Below the pieces are notes generated by a model. That model saw only the letters and a list, made by a program, of their open reading frames with translations. It made no database searches and was not told the DNA's origin. This document shows, piece after piece, positions 1 through 9,896 of a DNA stretch of 64,000 bases; position 1 is the first letter of the stretch; the number at the start of each line of letters is the position of its first letter. Both the position numbers and the translations under genes were made by a program. This DNA is from Fibrobacteria bacterium (GTDB taxonomy: Bacteria > Fibrobacterota > Chitinivibrionia > Chitinivibrionales > FEN-1185), in NCBI GenBank assembly GCA_037447435.1, contig JBBIGR010000020.1, positions 10,850 to 74,849 of the forward strand, given 5' to 3'.

Positions 1-5
1 TCATT

Positions 6-1292
6 TTGGTCGGCGTGGTGCTTATTACCATTTACGAAAGCGTTTATTTTTTAGTCCTGGGTCTCGGGTTCCGCTTTCTCCGCGGTAAATTTCCCAAAGC
101 GTATCCGTTTCTTTTTGCCGCATTGTGGGTGATGGTCGAATATCTTCGCAGCCTTGGAGAAATATCGTTTCCCTGGAACTTTGCCGGCTATACGCTGACG
201 CCGTTTTTATGGCTTGCCCAGGCAGCGTCGGTATGCGGGGTTTTCGGCCTCAGTTACATTGTAATACTCGGCAATGGTTTGATTTGGAAATTTTGCGGTC
301 ATATTGTCCGCAAACAAAAAATATCGTGGGGATTGCCTGTTTTTGTCTGCTTTTTGATTGTTATAAGCATTGCCGGTGCTTTGCGAATGCATAAGGGAAC
401 TACGGATGCGACAAAAAATATAAAGGTATCGGTATTGCAGGGGAATATAGACCAGAACCACTGGACAAATACCTCGCTCGACAGTTCGTTCATGATATTC
501 GATACGCTTGTGGCCAGGGCGCATAACGACAATCCCGATCTGCTGGTTATGCCCGAAAGCGCATTGCTTTGTTATTTGCTTCGTCAACCGGCTTTGCGCC
601 GGCACGTCGTCGGCTGGTCTTTGGAAACGAAAACGCCCATGATTTTAGGAAGCCTGCATTGGGATTATTCTCAAAAAGGAAGCAAACCTGATTACGCGGT
701 ATACAATACCGCTTTATTTCTCGATACCGCGAGGCCGGTTTTCGAAAAATATTATAAAATGACCTTAGTGCCGTTTTCCGAGGTGTTGCCGTTCAAGGGG
801 ATTTTTCCCGTATTATCCCGAGTCAATTTGGGGCAGGCCGATTTTGCAAGCGGCAAAGATCCGGTAGTGTTTTCCATCGGACAAAAGATCAAGGCTGCGC
901 CGTTTATTTGTTATGAAATTATTTACCCGTCTATCGTGAGGCAACGCATACTTCGCGGCGCGAATCTGCTTGTTAACATCACCAACGACGGCTGGTTCGG
1001 GAAATCGTCGGGCGCGTATCAGCATGCCGCAATGGCACGCATGCGTTGCATCGAAAACGGCGTTTGCCTTGCGCGAAGCGCAAATTCCGGTTTCAGCATG
1101 TTTGTCGATCAGTATGGAAGAATATTGGGAAAAACCGATTTGTACACCAGAACGTTTTTGACCCGAGCGGTTTCTCTGGATAAAAAGCCCACGCTCTATT
1201 CAAAATTCGGCGATTGGCCCGTGCTTTTGAGCGCGCTACTTTGCGCCGTTGCGCTCATCGCCATCCTTATTCGTAAATCAAGACGATCTTAG
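6..1292 (+). CDS. lnt: Apolipoprotein N-acyltransferase (5' end probably outside window)
   Basis: TM N-terminus plus CN-hydrolase motifs QGNI, MPESA, KMTLVPFSE, ICYEI, TNDGWF, ARSANSG. Confidence 0.95.
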   Translation: MVGVVLITIYESVYFLVLGLGFRFLRGKFPKAYPFLFAALWVMVEYLRSLGEISFPWNFAGYTLTPFLWLAQAASVCGVFGLSYIVILGNGLIWKFCGHIVRKQKISWGLPVFVCFLIVISIAGALRMHKGTTDATKNIKVSVLQGNIDQNHWTNTSLDSSFMIFDTLVARAHNDNPDLLVMPESALLCYLLRQPALRRHVVGWSLETKTPMILGSLHWDYSQKGSKPDYAVYNTALFLDTARPVFEKYYKMTLVPFSEVLPFKGIFPVLSRVNLGQADFASGKDPVVFSIGQKIKAAPFICYEIIYPSIVRQRILRGANLLVNITNDGWFGKSSGAYQHAAMARMRCIENGVCLARSANSGFSMFVDQYGRILGKTDLYTRTFLTRAVSLDKKPTLYSKFGDWPVLLSALLCAVALIAILIRKSRRS

Positions 1293-1617
1293 ACTGCAAA
1301 GCGCCGTTGCTTTTGATCGAGCAGGTGGCGGTTTTTCCCGCGCCCTCAGGTTGGGTGACGATAATCTGAACGTCGTAGCGGACTTGTGGAACGCATACTG
1401 CCGAAAACCGCGATCGCTGCAAACAGGAAAAATTCCCGCTTATTATTTGTTCCGCAAGATTTCTGCAAACCGCAATTTGATATACTGCCGGAATTATCGC
1501 ACGGCCCGGAAAATGGCCTGCGAAAATCGGGTCGGTTTCCTTGAATTCGACTATGGCGGAAATGGAAGTATCTGTTTTGACAATATTCGAAATCGCCCGG
1601 TGTACGGTTTCACGCAT
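1267..1617 (-). CDS. Hot-dog fold 3-hydroxyacyl-ACP dehydratase (FabA/FabZ, ApeI-like)
   Basis: FAGHFPGRAIIPAV catalytic His motif; last gene of the KS cluster. Confidence 0.85.
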   Translation of the reverse strand: MRETVHRAISNIVKTDTSISAIVEFKETDPIFAGHFPGRAIIPAVYQIAVCRNLAEQIISGNFSCLQRSRFSAVCVPQVRYDVQIIVTQPEGAGKTATCSIKSNGALQSKIVLIYE

Positions 1618-2404
1618 TACTGCTCCCTTGGGTATATGCTTCGATGCCGAACATATCGGTTAGTTCTATTGCCGAAATGTTTTTCTGTTTCATGGTTGCA
1701 AAAAGCAATGTGAGCTGCTTGAGGATTTCGTCTTTATATTCCGCAACAGGCAGACAGTCGTGCAATAGCACCACGCTGCCCGGTTTTGCGAGCGAATGAA
1801 TGTTGCGTATGGCCCGAATGCGCCGGTTGCCCGCGTCTTTGGCGCGGGCGCTATAACCCACGCAGTCCATAGACAATTGCGACAACGCGGTGTCCAGATG
1901 CGGGTTTGCAAGCCCGGCGGGCGGACGGTATAAACGGGGCTTTTTTCCGATTATCGATTCCAGTATGGATTGCGTTTGGGAAATCTCCCGTGTCATTTTT
2001 GAGGAAAAACGGAAATTTGAAAAAGGGGAATGCGTCAGATCGTGACAGGCAATTGTGTGGCCTTCGTCATACGCACGCCTAACGATATCGGGGAATTGCT
2101 TGGCTTTATTACCGATTATAAAGAACGTCGCTTTTAAGCCGTTTTCTTTGAGCAGGTCTAGAATGTCGCCGGTGATATTGGGGTCGGGCCCGTCGTCGAA
2201 GGTAAGGCATAACGCGGATTTTTCCTGCTTGTTGCTGCAATAGGTTTTGAGGAAAAATTGAATCCTGAGGTCGAAAACGCCCCAGATAAAAACCGAGGCG
2301 TACAATGCGAAAATGAAAATTATGACAGGCAAAAACGACGGGACAATGAGCAATGCGGTGACGACGAATACGACCGAGAACAGCCAGAGCCGAAACGGGC
2401 TCAT
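1610..2404 (-). CDS. Membrane-anchored polysaccharide deacetylase (NodB/CE4 family)
   Basis: LTFDDGP, HTIACHDLTH, YRPPAG and VLLHD motifs after two TM helices. Confidence 0.92.
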   Translation of the reverse strand: MSPFRLWLFSVVFVVTALLIVPSFLPVIIFIFALYASVFIWGVFDLRIQFFLKTYCSNKQEKSALCLTFDDGPDPNITGDILDLLKENGLKATFFIIGNKAKQFPDIVRRAYDEGHTIACHDLTHSPFSNFRFSSKMTREISQTQSILESIIGKKPRLYRPPAGLANPHLDTALSQLSMDCVGYSARAKDAGNRRIRAIRNIHSLAKPGSVVLLHDCLPVAEYKDEILKQLTLLFATMKQKNISAIELTDMFGIEAYTQGSSNA

Positions 2405-3201
2405 AGCAAAAGCTCTATTGCCGAAAATGCGTTTGACGGCGGCGAATAGGAGGTCACGATGCTGCTTCCCGGGCTATTTTTTTGAAGCTCGGCAGCGCAA
2501 ACCGCTGCGCCGGACAGAAACGATTTACAATAGGAAAGATCGAAAAACCGGTCCGGAGATTTTTGCGTTTTCAAAAGAGCGGTCACCGTTTCCCGGGTAC
2601 AGGCTTTGTCTTTATTTGAACCGGCAAAACGCGGCCCGATGCTGCGTATTGCGGGAAGCGTTTGCGAATTTGCAAGTAATAAGGCTATGGCCCCTTCTTT
2701 GGTATGTTCCGATAAATACGCTCTGCATTGCGCGGGCATTACCGGGAGTATGGTATCGAGCAGGGGGATGTTTTCATCGACCGCGACCACGAGCGCGGGA
2801 AAGTCGTCGCTGTCGAGCAATTCGCAATTCGCAATTGCCGAGGCAAAGGAATTCTGTCCGTCGCAGAAGGTCAGGTTCGGGCCGCTGATGCCGAATTCGA
2901 GCGCGAGTTTCCCTGCCATGCTGTTATGCACCGATGCGATGAAATTTTTGGGAGAGCCGAAACCGTCGGAAAATATGCCGTCGAGAAATCCTTTTGTTTC
3001 GTCGAGCGCGCCCAGCGCGGTGCCGACCAGAATGGATTTCGGCTTAGCGGCCGCGTTTTTAAGCAATCGCGCGACCGCGACATACGCCATTTGCCAAATC
3101 CGCGGATCTCGGCGCTTGAGATGCGGCGGTATCTCGATGTTCCACACCGGATCGCTTTGCGGAAATAAGGCGCTATGGCCCAATACGGTAAAGGGTTTCA
3201 T
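2401..3201 (-). CDS. Beta-ketoacyl synthase chain-length-factor-like protein
   Basis: SPKNFIASVHNSMAG motif, no catalytic Cys motif; start reset to ATG 3201, which overlaps the upstream stop. Confidence 0.85.
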   Translation of the reverse strand: MKPFTVLGHSALFPQSDPVWNIEIPPHLKRRDPRIWQMAYVAVARLLKNAAAKPKSILVGTALGALDETKGFLDGIFSDGFGSPKNFIASVHNSMAGKLALEFGISGPNLTFCDGQNSFASAIANCELLDSDDFPALVVAVDENIPLLDTILPVMPAQCRAYLSEHTKEGAIALLLANSQTLPAIRSIGPRFAGSNKDKACTRETVTALLKTQKSPDRFFDLSYCKSFLSGAAVCAAELQKNSPGSSIVTSYSPPSNAFSAIELLL

Positions 3202-4379
3202 AATCCTTGTTCGTTTGAAAGAGAGAATACTGCCGCGGCATTGTTTCCGCCGAAGCCGAACGAGTTTTTCAAAACATGACGGATGCCGGCTTTTTGTTTG
3301 GACTGCGGCGCTATACCTATTGTTTCGTCGAGATCGGTAAATCCGGCGGTATGCGGAACGCAATTGTCTTTCATGGCGCTTACGGCAAATACCGCTTCGA
3401 TGATTCCGGAAGCGGCCAGGGTATGGCCCAGGCTTCGTTTCATGGAGCAAAAGGGCGGAACAGTGCCGAAGACCTTTTGCATGGCACGAATTTCGGCAAC
3501 GTCATTGTCCGGCGTTGCGGTGCCGTGCGTCGCGATCATGCCGATGTCGGCGGGGGCGATTGCCGCCTCGTCAAGAGCTGCCGTGACCGCCGTTATGGCG
3601 CCTAAACCTGCGGGATGCGGTGCGGTCATATGATGGCAGTCGGCAGAGGCGCCCCAGCCCGAAACATAGGCCAAAGGCTTTACATCCAATAGTTTGCAGG
3701 CGTCGTCGGAGGCGAGGCATACGGCGCCCGCGCCTTCGCCCAGGCTCGTGCCTTTTCTGTTTTTGTCGAACGGCTTGCAACCGGTGGGGTCCAAAAGCAT
3801 GAGGCTGGAAAATCCCCGTATTGTCAATATGGACAACGCGTCGCTGCCCACGGCGCAGCACAAATCGAAGGCCTTGGCCTGAATAAGGCGTTTGGCAAGT
3901 CCCACTGCGTGCAATCCGGTGGAGCAAGCCGTTGAAAGCGTGTAAAATCCGGTACCGTCGAAGTTTTCGCATAAAAACCCGGACAATGCGGCAGGTTCGT
4001 GGCCGGCGCATTCCGTTGCTGCGCGAGAAAGTTTCAAGGGGTCGGTCTTGTATGCTTTGTAAAACAATTCGGAACGGGTTATGCCGCCAACGGTCGTGGC
4101 AACCACAAAGCCGAGGGTCAAACCTTTACGTTTGTGCAAACCGCTCAGCGCTTCACGTACCGCCGCATAAGCTAATTGCGCAGTACGGTTCGGACCCACG
4201 GCATTTTCCTCGAGGGCCAAAACCTGGCCCGACAGGGGAGGAATTTTTAATCCGCTGTCGAAAAGAGAAAGCGGGGTCAGATTGTCGTGGCCCGCGTAAA
4301 CGCCCTTCTTTGCCGAAGCTATTGTATTGCCTGCGGCGCAAATCGCGCCCATGCCGATAATGGGGACGGCTTTAGACAC
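3198..4379 (-). CDS. Beta-ketoacyl-ACP synthase (FabF/FabB-like)
   Basis: STACSTG, THGTAT, LGHT and NSFGFGGNN motifs. Confidence 0.95.
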   Translation of the reverse strand: MSKAVPIIGMGAICAAGNTIASAKKGVYAGHDNLTPLSLFDSGLKIPPLSGQVLALEENAVGPNRTAQLAYAAVREALSGLHKRKGLTLGFVVATTVGGITRSELFYKAYKTDPLKLSRAATECAGHEPAALSGFLCENFDGTGFYTLSTACSTGLHAVGLAKRLIQAKAFDLCCAVGSDALSILTIRGFSSLMLLDPTGCKPFDKNRKGTSLGEGAGAVCLASDDACKLLDVKPLAYVSGWGASADCHHMTAPHPAGLGAITAVTAALDEAAIAPADIGMIATHGTATPDNDVAEIRAMQKVFGTVPPFCSMKRSLGHTLAASGIIEAVFAVSAMKDNCVPHTAGFTDLDETIGIAPQSKQKAGIRHVLKNSFGFGGNNAAAVFSLSNEQGL

Positions 4380-4382
4380 GTA

Positions 4383-4652
4383 TTATCCCTTTGTGCGGTT
4401 TTCTTGTATATAGGTTGCCAGGGAGCGTACCGATGCGAAAACCTTTTTGCCTATGGTGATGTCGGGAACCGTGACGCCGTATTCTTTTTCCAGCAATACA
4501 AGCAATTCCAGCGTATCGATCGAGTCGAGACCGAGCCCGCCGCCGACCAACGGTTCGTTTTCATCGATGTCTTCGGGCTTAACGTCCGAAAGTTTCAGCG
4601 AGGCGATGATTTGGGTTTTCAGGGTTGCTATCAGAGAATCGGCATCGTTCAT
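4383..4652 (-). CDS. Acyl carrier protein
   Basis: LGLDSIDTLEL phosphopantetheine site; start reset to ATG 4652. Confidence 0.95.
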   Translation of the reverse strand: MNDADSLIATLKTQIIASLKLSDVKPEDIDENEPLVGGGLGLDSIDTLELLVLLEKEYGVTVPDITIGKKVFASVRSLATYIQENRTKG

Positions 4653-5425
4653 GATACATCCTTTTTCATGGAAAAATGGCCGGCAACGCAATTGCCGTTA
4701 AACGGCACCGATCCGGCCGAACGAGTGTGTAAAAGTTGCATAATCGAATGAAAATACAATTCCCCACTGTCGCAGGGCTGGTCTTTATTGGGTTGGGCGC
4801 TCTTAAATTCCAGGGCCATGGCTTTTCCGCCATCGTCGCAACTCGTCGACAGTATCAGGGCATACGCCCTGTTTTTTCCGGTATTGCCGTCCCCTAAAAG
4901 CGCGAAGTCTTTTTCTTCAAGCGCTAAAACGTATAAAACCGCGACCGTATTGCACTTTCCGGTTTGTAAAAGGCGCACGGCGTTTTCCATTGCAGTGTAC
5001 CCGCTGTCGGATTCATTGACAAACACCCGGTTTTCGCCTTTAAGCCCGAAAAATATCGCGATATCGGCGATTGCCGAAGAGGGCAGTGTTGCGGAAAACA
5101 GGGCCGGGCTGGGAAAAGCCGAAAGTACGGATTCCATATATCGTAAATCGGTAGACAAAGACCCGAGCGGCAGTCCCAGGCAAATTCCCGTGAACAGGGG
5201 TTCGGTTACCGGGCAATGCGAAAGCGCTACGGAGGCGGCGCAAAAAGCAAGCTTGTCGCTCAGGCATAATTTGCCGAAAGCGGGATAGGGCTTGGCCAGC
5301 ACCTGTTCGCGGGTGATTTCGAAAATGCCGTTTTGTCCTTGCGGCCAGGGCGCAAAGCCTGCGGGCGAATATATCCCTTCGTCGAGAATCGCGGAAAACG
5401 AACGCACGTATATCGGTTTTTTCAT
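4649..5425 (-). CDS. Second KS N-terminal/chain-length-factor-like protein
   Basis: FPSPALFSATLPSSAIADIAI motif typical of flexirubin-cluster CLF-like proteins; start reset to ATG 5425. Confidence 0.82.
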   Translation of the reverse strand: MKKPIYVRSFSAILDEGIYSPAGFAPWPQGQNGIFEITREQVLAKPYPAFGKLCLSDKLAFCAASVALSHCPVTEPLFTGICLGLPLGSLSTDLRYMESVLSAFPSPALFSATLPSSAIADIAIFFGLKGENRVFVNESDSGYTAMENAVRLLQTGKCNTVAVLYVLALEEKDFALLGDGNTGKNRAYALILSTSCDDGGKAMALEFKSAQPNKDQPCDSGELYFHSIMQLLHTRSAGSVPFNGNCVAGHFSMKKDVS

Positions 5426-6534
5426 GCTGAATGCTCCGTAAGCACGATTGCGGCATTGATGCCGCCGAACCCTGCCGAAAGGCAGAGCATGGATTGATGC
5501 AAAAGCGTTTGGCTGCTTGCGCAAACCGGAATCTGCTCGTCGACCCCCAGGTTTTCGAATCCGCAGGTGGGCGGAATTTTGCGGCGCTGCAGGCATTCGG
5601 CGGCAACGATGATTTCCAGAAGAGAACCGGCGCCGCTGGTGTGGCCGATGGCGCCCTTTACCGAAAAGCAAGGCGGTATTTCTTCGCCGAACGCGGAAAC
5701 AATGGCCTTTGCTTCCATTGCGTCGTTGTAAGCGGTGGCGGTTCCGTGGCATTTGATCGCGCCGATTTCATACGGGGGCATATTAGCGTCGCGCAGTGCC
5801 GCGGATGCCGCGCGATGCAAGCCTTCGCCGGTGCGGGACGGTCCGGTCCTATGATTGGCATCGTTGGTGCTTGCCGCACCTTTGATCAGTATATCGTCTT
5901 CGAAGGGTTCGCGATACGATAATACCACGATGCCCGCTCCGTCGCCGAGCGTGAGCCCGTTGCGGCCGGCATCGAAGGGTTTTGCGCCCGCAGGCGATAA
6001 GGCCGCAAGCGAATTGAAACCGGTTGCCACAAAACGGGATATGGCGTCGAATCCGAATATCACCGCATTTTTACACGTTTTGGCAATAAGCATTTCGCGG
6101 GCGATTTGCACGCCGATGGCGCCGGAAGCGCAGGCGTTCGATACGACGATGGTCCGGCAATCGTCGAGCCCCAACAGTTTTTTCGCATAGCGTGCCTGTG
6201 AGTGCAACAAGGGAGAGAAATCGGCAGGCATTTTCCGCGATATGCAATATTCTTCCAGGGGAGTCAGGTCGCCTTTTGCGGCGCAAAACACGAACGCTGT
6301 TTCACTTTGGTCAATGTCCGACAGGTCTGTTGCCGTTTGCAACGTAAGCGTTGCGGTCGTCAGGCTTCGCCACGATTCGTTTTTAAACGGCGCATAGGCG
6401 ACGTCGACGCCGAAGCAGGGACCGGGCACTATGGCGGTTTGATTTTCAAAGAGATCGGAAACCGTTTCCTGCAGCTGCCCCAGGCCGCAGAGAATTTCGC
6501 CCTGTTCTAAAATGACCGCTTCGGATATGCTCAT
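5422..6534 (-). CDS. Beta-ketoacyl-ACP synthase (FabB/FabF-like)
   Basis: SNACASG, KCHGTAT, IGHT and AGFGGINAA motifs; start reset to ATG 6534. Confidence 0.93.
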   Translation of the reverse strand: MSISEAVILEQGEILCGLGQLQETVSDLFENQTAIVPGPCFGVDVAYAPFKNESWRSLTTATLTLQTATDLSDIDQSETAFVFCAAKGDLTPLEEYCISRKMPADFSPLLHSQARYAKKLLGLDDCRTIVVSNACASGAIGVQIAREMLIAKTCKNAVIFGFDAISRFVATGFNSLAALSPAGAKPFDAGRNGLTLGDGAGIVVLSYREPFEDDILIKGAASTNDANHRTGPSRTGEGLHRAASAALRDANMPPYEIGAIKCHGTATAYNDAMEAKAIVSAFGEEIPPCFSVKGAIGHTSGAGSLLEIIVAAECLQRRKIPPTCGFENLGVDEQIPVCASSQTLLHQSMLCLSAGFGGINAAIVLTEHSA

Positions 6535-6929
6535 GTCAATGCCGCTTTGATGAATCCGTGTGCCACGGTCGTTGTTCCCCGTTTTACCGTACATTCGAAA
6601 AGGCTGAGGCTTCCCATTTTCGCTTGTGTCGCGATTTGGGCGATTAATTCGTCGCCGGGCAATACTTTTGTATAAAAGGAAAAATCATCGATTCCGGCAA
6701 TGACGCCGATTTTACCCTGCGCATCCGCATCAGTGTATTGTCCGCAAATTGCGGCTTGCGCGCAAAATTCGATGATTCCCTCTTCGGAAAGTCCGGGCCC
6801 GTAATGCTCATTTTCCCGCACCACCCGGACGCAGGCTGCCTGGGAATTTTCTATGCTTTGCAGTGAATCCACGACAATGGCCGGATCGCGATGCGGAAGC
6901 AATGTTGATACCGATGGAAAATCTGGCAA
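6531..6929 (-). CDS. Hot-dog fold dehydratase-like subunit (ApeP-like)
   Basis: LLPHRDPAIVVD and IEFCAQA motifs; TTG start. Confidence 0.8.
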   Translation of the reverse strand: MPDFPSVSTLLPHRDPAIVVDSLQSIENSQAACVRVVRENEHYGPGLSEEGIIEFCAQAAICGQYTDADAQGKIGVIAGIDDFSFYTKVLPGDELIAQIATQAKMGSLSLFECTVKRGTTTVAHGFIKAALT

Positions 6930-7086
6930 TGCGGTAAGTCCTTTTTTTTAAATGCGTTTGGGATCGAATACATAAAATAATATTTCAAAACCCTCTCTAT
7001 TATATCATTATTGTATGTATGTATTATTTTGTAATGATCACGGCTGTTTTTTTCATGATCAGAGACATAAGGAGTTTGGCAATACC

Positions 7087-8370
7087 ATGATAGACCTGCA
7101 ACGAATTCGCGAAAACCCGGATGCAATGAAGAAGGCGATCGGCAATAAAAAATGCCAGGTAGACATCGATGCGCTTTTGTCCCTCGATGAAATGCGGCGT
7201 CGGATTATCGGCGATGTCGAAGGCCTCAAAAGCGTGCGAAATGCAAGGTCGCAGGAAATTGCCGGATTGAAAAAAGCGAAAAAGGACGCCGAAGCCGCCG
7301 CGATCATGACGGAAATGAAAGATCTTTCCGAAAAAATCAAAGACCTCGACGTAAAACAGGCGACTGCGGAAGAGCAGATACAGACGATAATGCAATGGAT
7401 CCCCAACGTTGCCCATGAATCGGTCCCTCATGGCGACAGCGCTGCCGACAATGTCGAGATAGCGTCGTGGGGCACGCGTCCCGAATTCGATTTCGAGCCC
7501 AAAGACCATTTGCAACTCGGAACAGCGCTCGACATCATCGATTTTCCCCGCGGCGCAAAGGTCGCGGGTGCGGGGTTTCCCGTTTACAAAGGGGCAGGCG
7601 CGCTGTTGGAACGGGCGCTTTTGAATTTCATGCTCGATACGCATTCGCAAAACGGCTATTGCGAAATTTTCCCTCCTTTTCTCGTTAATAAAGAAAGCCT
7701 GTTCGGAACCGGGCAGCTTCCCAAATCGCAGGACCAGATGTATCATATCGACGAAGACCAGTTGTATTGCGTGCCGACCGCGGAAGTGCCGGTGACGAAT
7801 TTGCATCGCGACGAAATGTTCGATGCGGAAAAACTGCCGGTCAAATACTGCGCGTACAGCGCCTGTTTCAGGCGCGAGGCGGGTTCGTACGGCAAAGACA
7901 CCAAGGGGTTTTTACGGGTCCATGAATTCAATAAGGTGGAGCTTGTCAAATTCGCACAGCCCGAAAATTCGTATGCCGAGCTCGAACTCCTCCGCGCCGA
8001 TGCCGAAGGCATAATACGCGCGTTGGGTCTTTCGTACCGGGTGCTTGCTCTTTGCGATGCGGATATGTCGTTTGCCGCGGCGAAATGCTATGATCTGGAA
8101 ACATGGGCGCCGGGCGAGAAGAAATACCTCGAAGTGTCGTCTTGCAGCAATTTCGAAGATTTCCAGGCGCGCCGCATGAATATCCGGTATCGTCCTAAGC
8201 AGGGTGAAAAGCCCAGATTCGTGCATACGCTCAATGGAAGCGGTTTGGCCACGGCGAGGATTCTTGTTACCATATTGGAAACGTATCAAACGAAAAGCGG
8301 CACCATCAGAGTCCCCGATGTTCTGCAGCCGTATATGCGCGGAATGAAAGAAATCGGAAGAAGAAATTAG
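7087..8370 (+). CDS. serS: Serine--tRNA ligase
   Basis: N-terminal coiled coil, PTAEVP, CFRREAGSYG, EVSSCSN, HTLNGSG; AAGGAG SD upstream. Confidence 0.98.
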   Translation: MIDLQRIRENPDAMKKAIGNKKCQVDIDALLSLDEMRRRIIGDVEGLKSVRNARSQEIAGLKKAKKDAEAAAIMTEMKDLSEKIKDLDVKQATAEEQIQTIMQWIPNVAHESVPHGDSAADNVEIASWGTRPEFDFEPKDHLQLGTALDIIDFPRGAKVAGAGFPVYKGAGALLERALLNFMLDTHSQNGYCEIFPPFLVNKESLFGTGQLPKSQDQMYHIDEDQLYCVPTAEVPVTNLHRDEMFDAEKLPVKYCAYSACFRREAGSYGKDTKGFLRVHEFNKVELVKFAQPENSYAELELLRADAEGIIRALGLSYRVLALCDADMSFAAAKCYDLETWAPGEKKYLEVSSCSNFEDFQARRMNIRYRPKQGEKPRFVHTLNGSGLATARILVTILETYQTKSGTIRVPDVLQPYMRGMKEIGRRN

Positions 8371-8388
8371 TAGTTAGTTCATTAGTAT

Positions 8389-8468
8389 AACCTCATTAAT
8401 CTTTTTCCGACCCTTCTTGCCCTTGTGGTAAGAGGGGAAAAGGGGTTGGGGTTAAGCGGTGAGGGTTA
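8389..8468. repeat. Intergenic imperfect palindrome (REP-like hairpin)
   Basis: cccttcttgcc/ggtaagagggg core stem with outer aacctca/tgagggtt arms. Confidence 0.45.
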
Positions 8469-8535
8469 AAGTGAAAAGACATGTGTCATAACTTATGAAC
8501 TTCTAACTTAATCGTTTTACCGGGCGATTTAAACA

Positions 8536-9867
8536 ATGGCAAATCCCGCAGTATACCGTTTTCTTATGAGAATAAGGCCGTTTACCGGAAGGTATGTGCT
8601 GCTTCTGGTTTGCATTGCCGGATTCATTTGGTATGCCCAATATTCGCGCAGTATCATCATGCGGCTTCAGGACGAATCGGTGACGGTTACCCAAACCTAT
8701 GCCGAGCTCATACGCACCGCGATCACCGAGCGCATGAATAACGAAGAAATGAACGTGATATTCGAGGAAATCATCAGGAAATCGAATATTCCGGTCATCA
8801 TTACGGATACTGCCTGGGCGCCGCTCATGTGGCGCAATATCGTGGTGGGACCGTTTTTTAACAGAAAAGAAATCCCGCCGCACGATTCCAGCGCAGCGGC
8901 GCTGCAGCAGATACAGAAGATGATCGCAGAGTTCAGATTCACCTATACGCCGAAGGTGCTTTACATAAGTGAGACCCAGACCCGTATCGGATATCTGGTT
9001 TTCGGCAACAGCGAACTCATCGGCTCTTTGTCGCGCATGCCGTATATCGAGGTGGGTTTGGTGGCTGCGTTTATTTTTTTCGCGTTTCTGGGGTTTCACA
9101 ATATCCAGGCCACGGAGCGAAGCAATTTATGGGTCGGCTTGGCAAAGGAGACCGCGCATCAGCTCGGGACGCCGATATCGTCTCTCATGGGATGGATAGA
9201 ATTCATAAAATCGAGCGGCAGCCAGGACGAACCGGTCGATCCGGAAGAGTTTGTCGCGCAAGTATACAAGGCCTGCGACAACATGGACGCGGATTTGACC
9301 CGGCTTAAAAAAGTCACCAGCAGGTTTTCGCAAATCGGCTCGGTCCCCGCATTGACGCCATGCGATATCAACGCGGTGCTCAACGATGCGGCCATGTATT
9401 TCCGGATGCGGCTTCCGCTTTTGGGCAAGCATATCGAAATACGGCTTACCTGCGGCGATTTGCCCAAGGTGTATGCGAATTGTCATTTGTTCGAATGGGT
9501 GTTCGAGAACCTGATGAAAAACTCGGTGGACGCCATTACCAAATCCGACGGGCTTATCGAAATTACGACCGTGTATATCCCCGAGGAAAAAATCGTCAAG
9601 ATTACGCATGCCGACAACGGCAAAGGCATTTCGTGGGAAGACCAGAAAAGGATTTTCGCGCCCGGGTTTACAACAAAGAAGCGCGGCTGGGGCCTGGGCC
9701 TCACGCTGGCGAAGCGTATCGTCGAGGACTATCATAAAGGACGGATTTATCTCTCGTATTCGCAAAAGGACAACGGCACTGTTTTTGTGATCGATTTGCC
9801 GGTTGGGAATGAAAAACAAAAGCATCTTTCGCGGCCGCAGCCCAAATTGCGGCAGCCGATGGCGTAA
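8536..9867 (+). CDS. Membrane sensor histidine kinase (PorY-like)
   Basis: Two TM segments, WVGLAKETAHQLGTP H-box, ENLMKN, DNGKG, GFTTKKRGWGLGL. Confidence 0.9.
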   Translation: MANPAVYRFLMRIRPFTGRYVLLLVCIAGFIWYAQYSRSIIMRLQDESVTVTQTYAELIRTAITERMNNEEMNVIFEEIIRKSNIPVIITDTAWAPLMWRNIVVGPFFNRKEIPPHDSSAAALQQIQKMIAEFRFTYTPKVLYISETQTRIGYLVFGNSELIGSLSRMPYIEVGLVAAFIFFAFLGFHNIQATERSNLWVGLAKETAHQLGTPISSLMGWIEFIKSSGSQDEPVDPEEFVAQVYKACDNMDADLTRLKKVTSRFSQIGSVPALTPCDINAVLNDAAMYFRMRLPLLGKHIEIRLTCGDLPKVYANCHLFEWVFENLMKNSVDAITKSDGLIEITTVYIPEEKIVKITHADNGKGISWEDQKRIFAPGFTTKKRGWGLGLTLAKRIVEDYHKGRIYLSYSQKDNGTVFVIDLPVGNEKQKHLSRPQPKLRQPMA

Positions 9868-9896
9868 CCCCAAAAACCTATCGAAAGTGAAACGCA

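Noticed and set aside
3202..3450. N-terminal extensions of the ORF track (also 5426-5752 and 52079-52342)
   Set aside because: They overlap upstream genes or lack coding character; internal ATGs with stop/start overlap or an SD fit better
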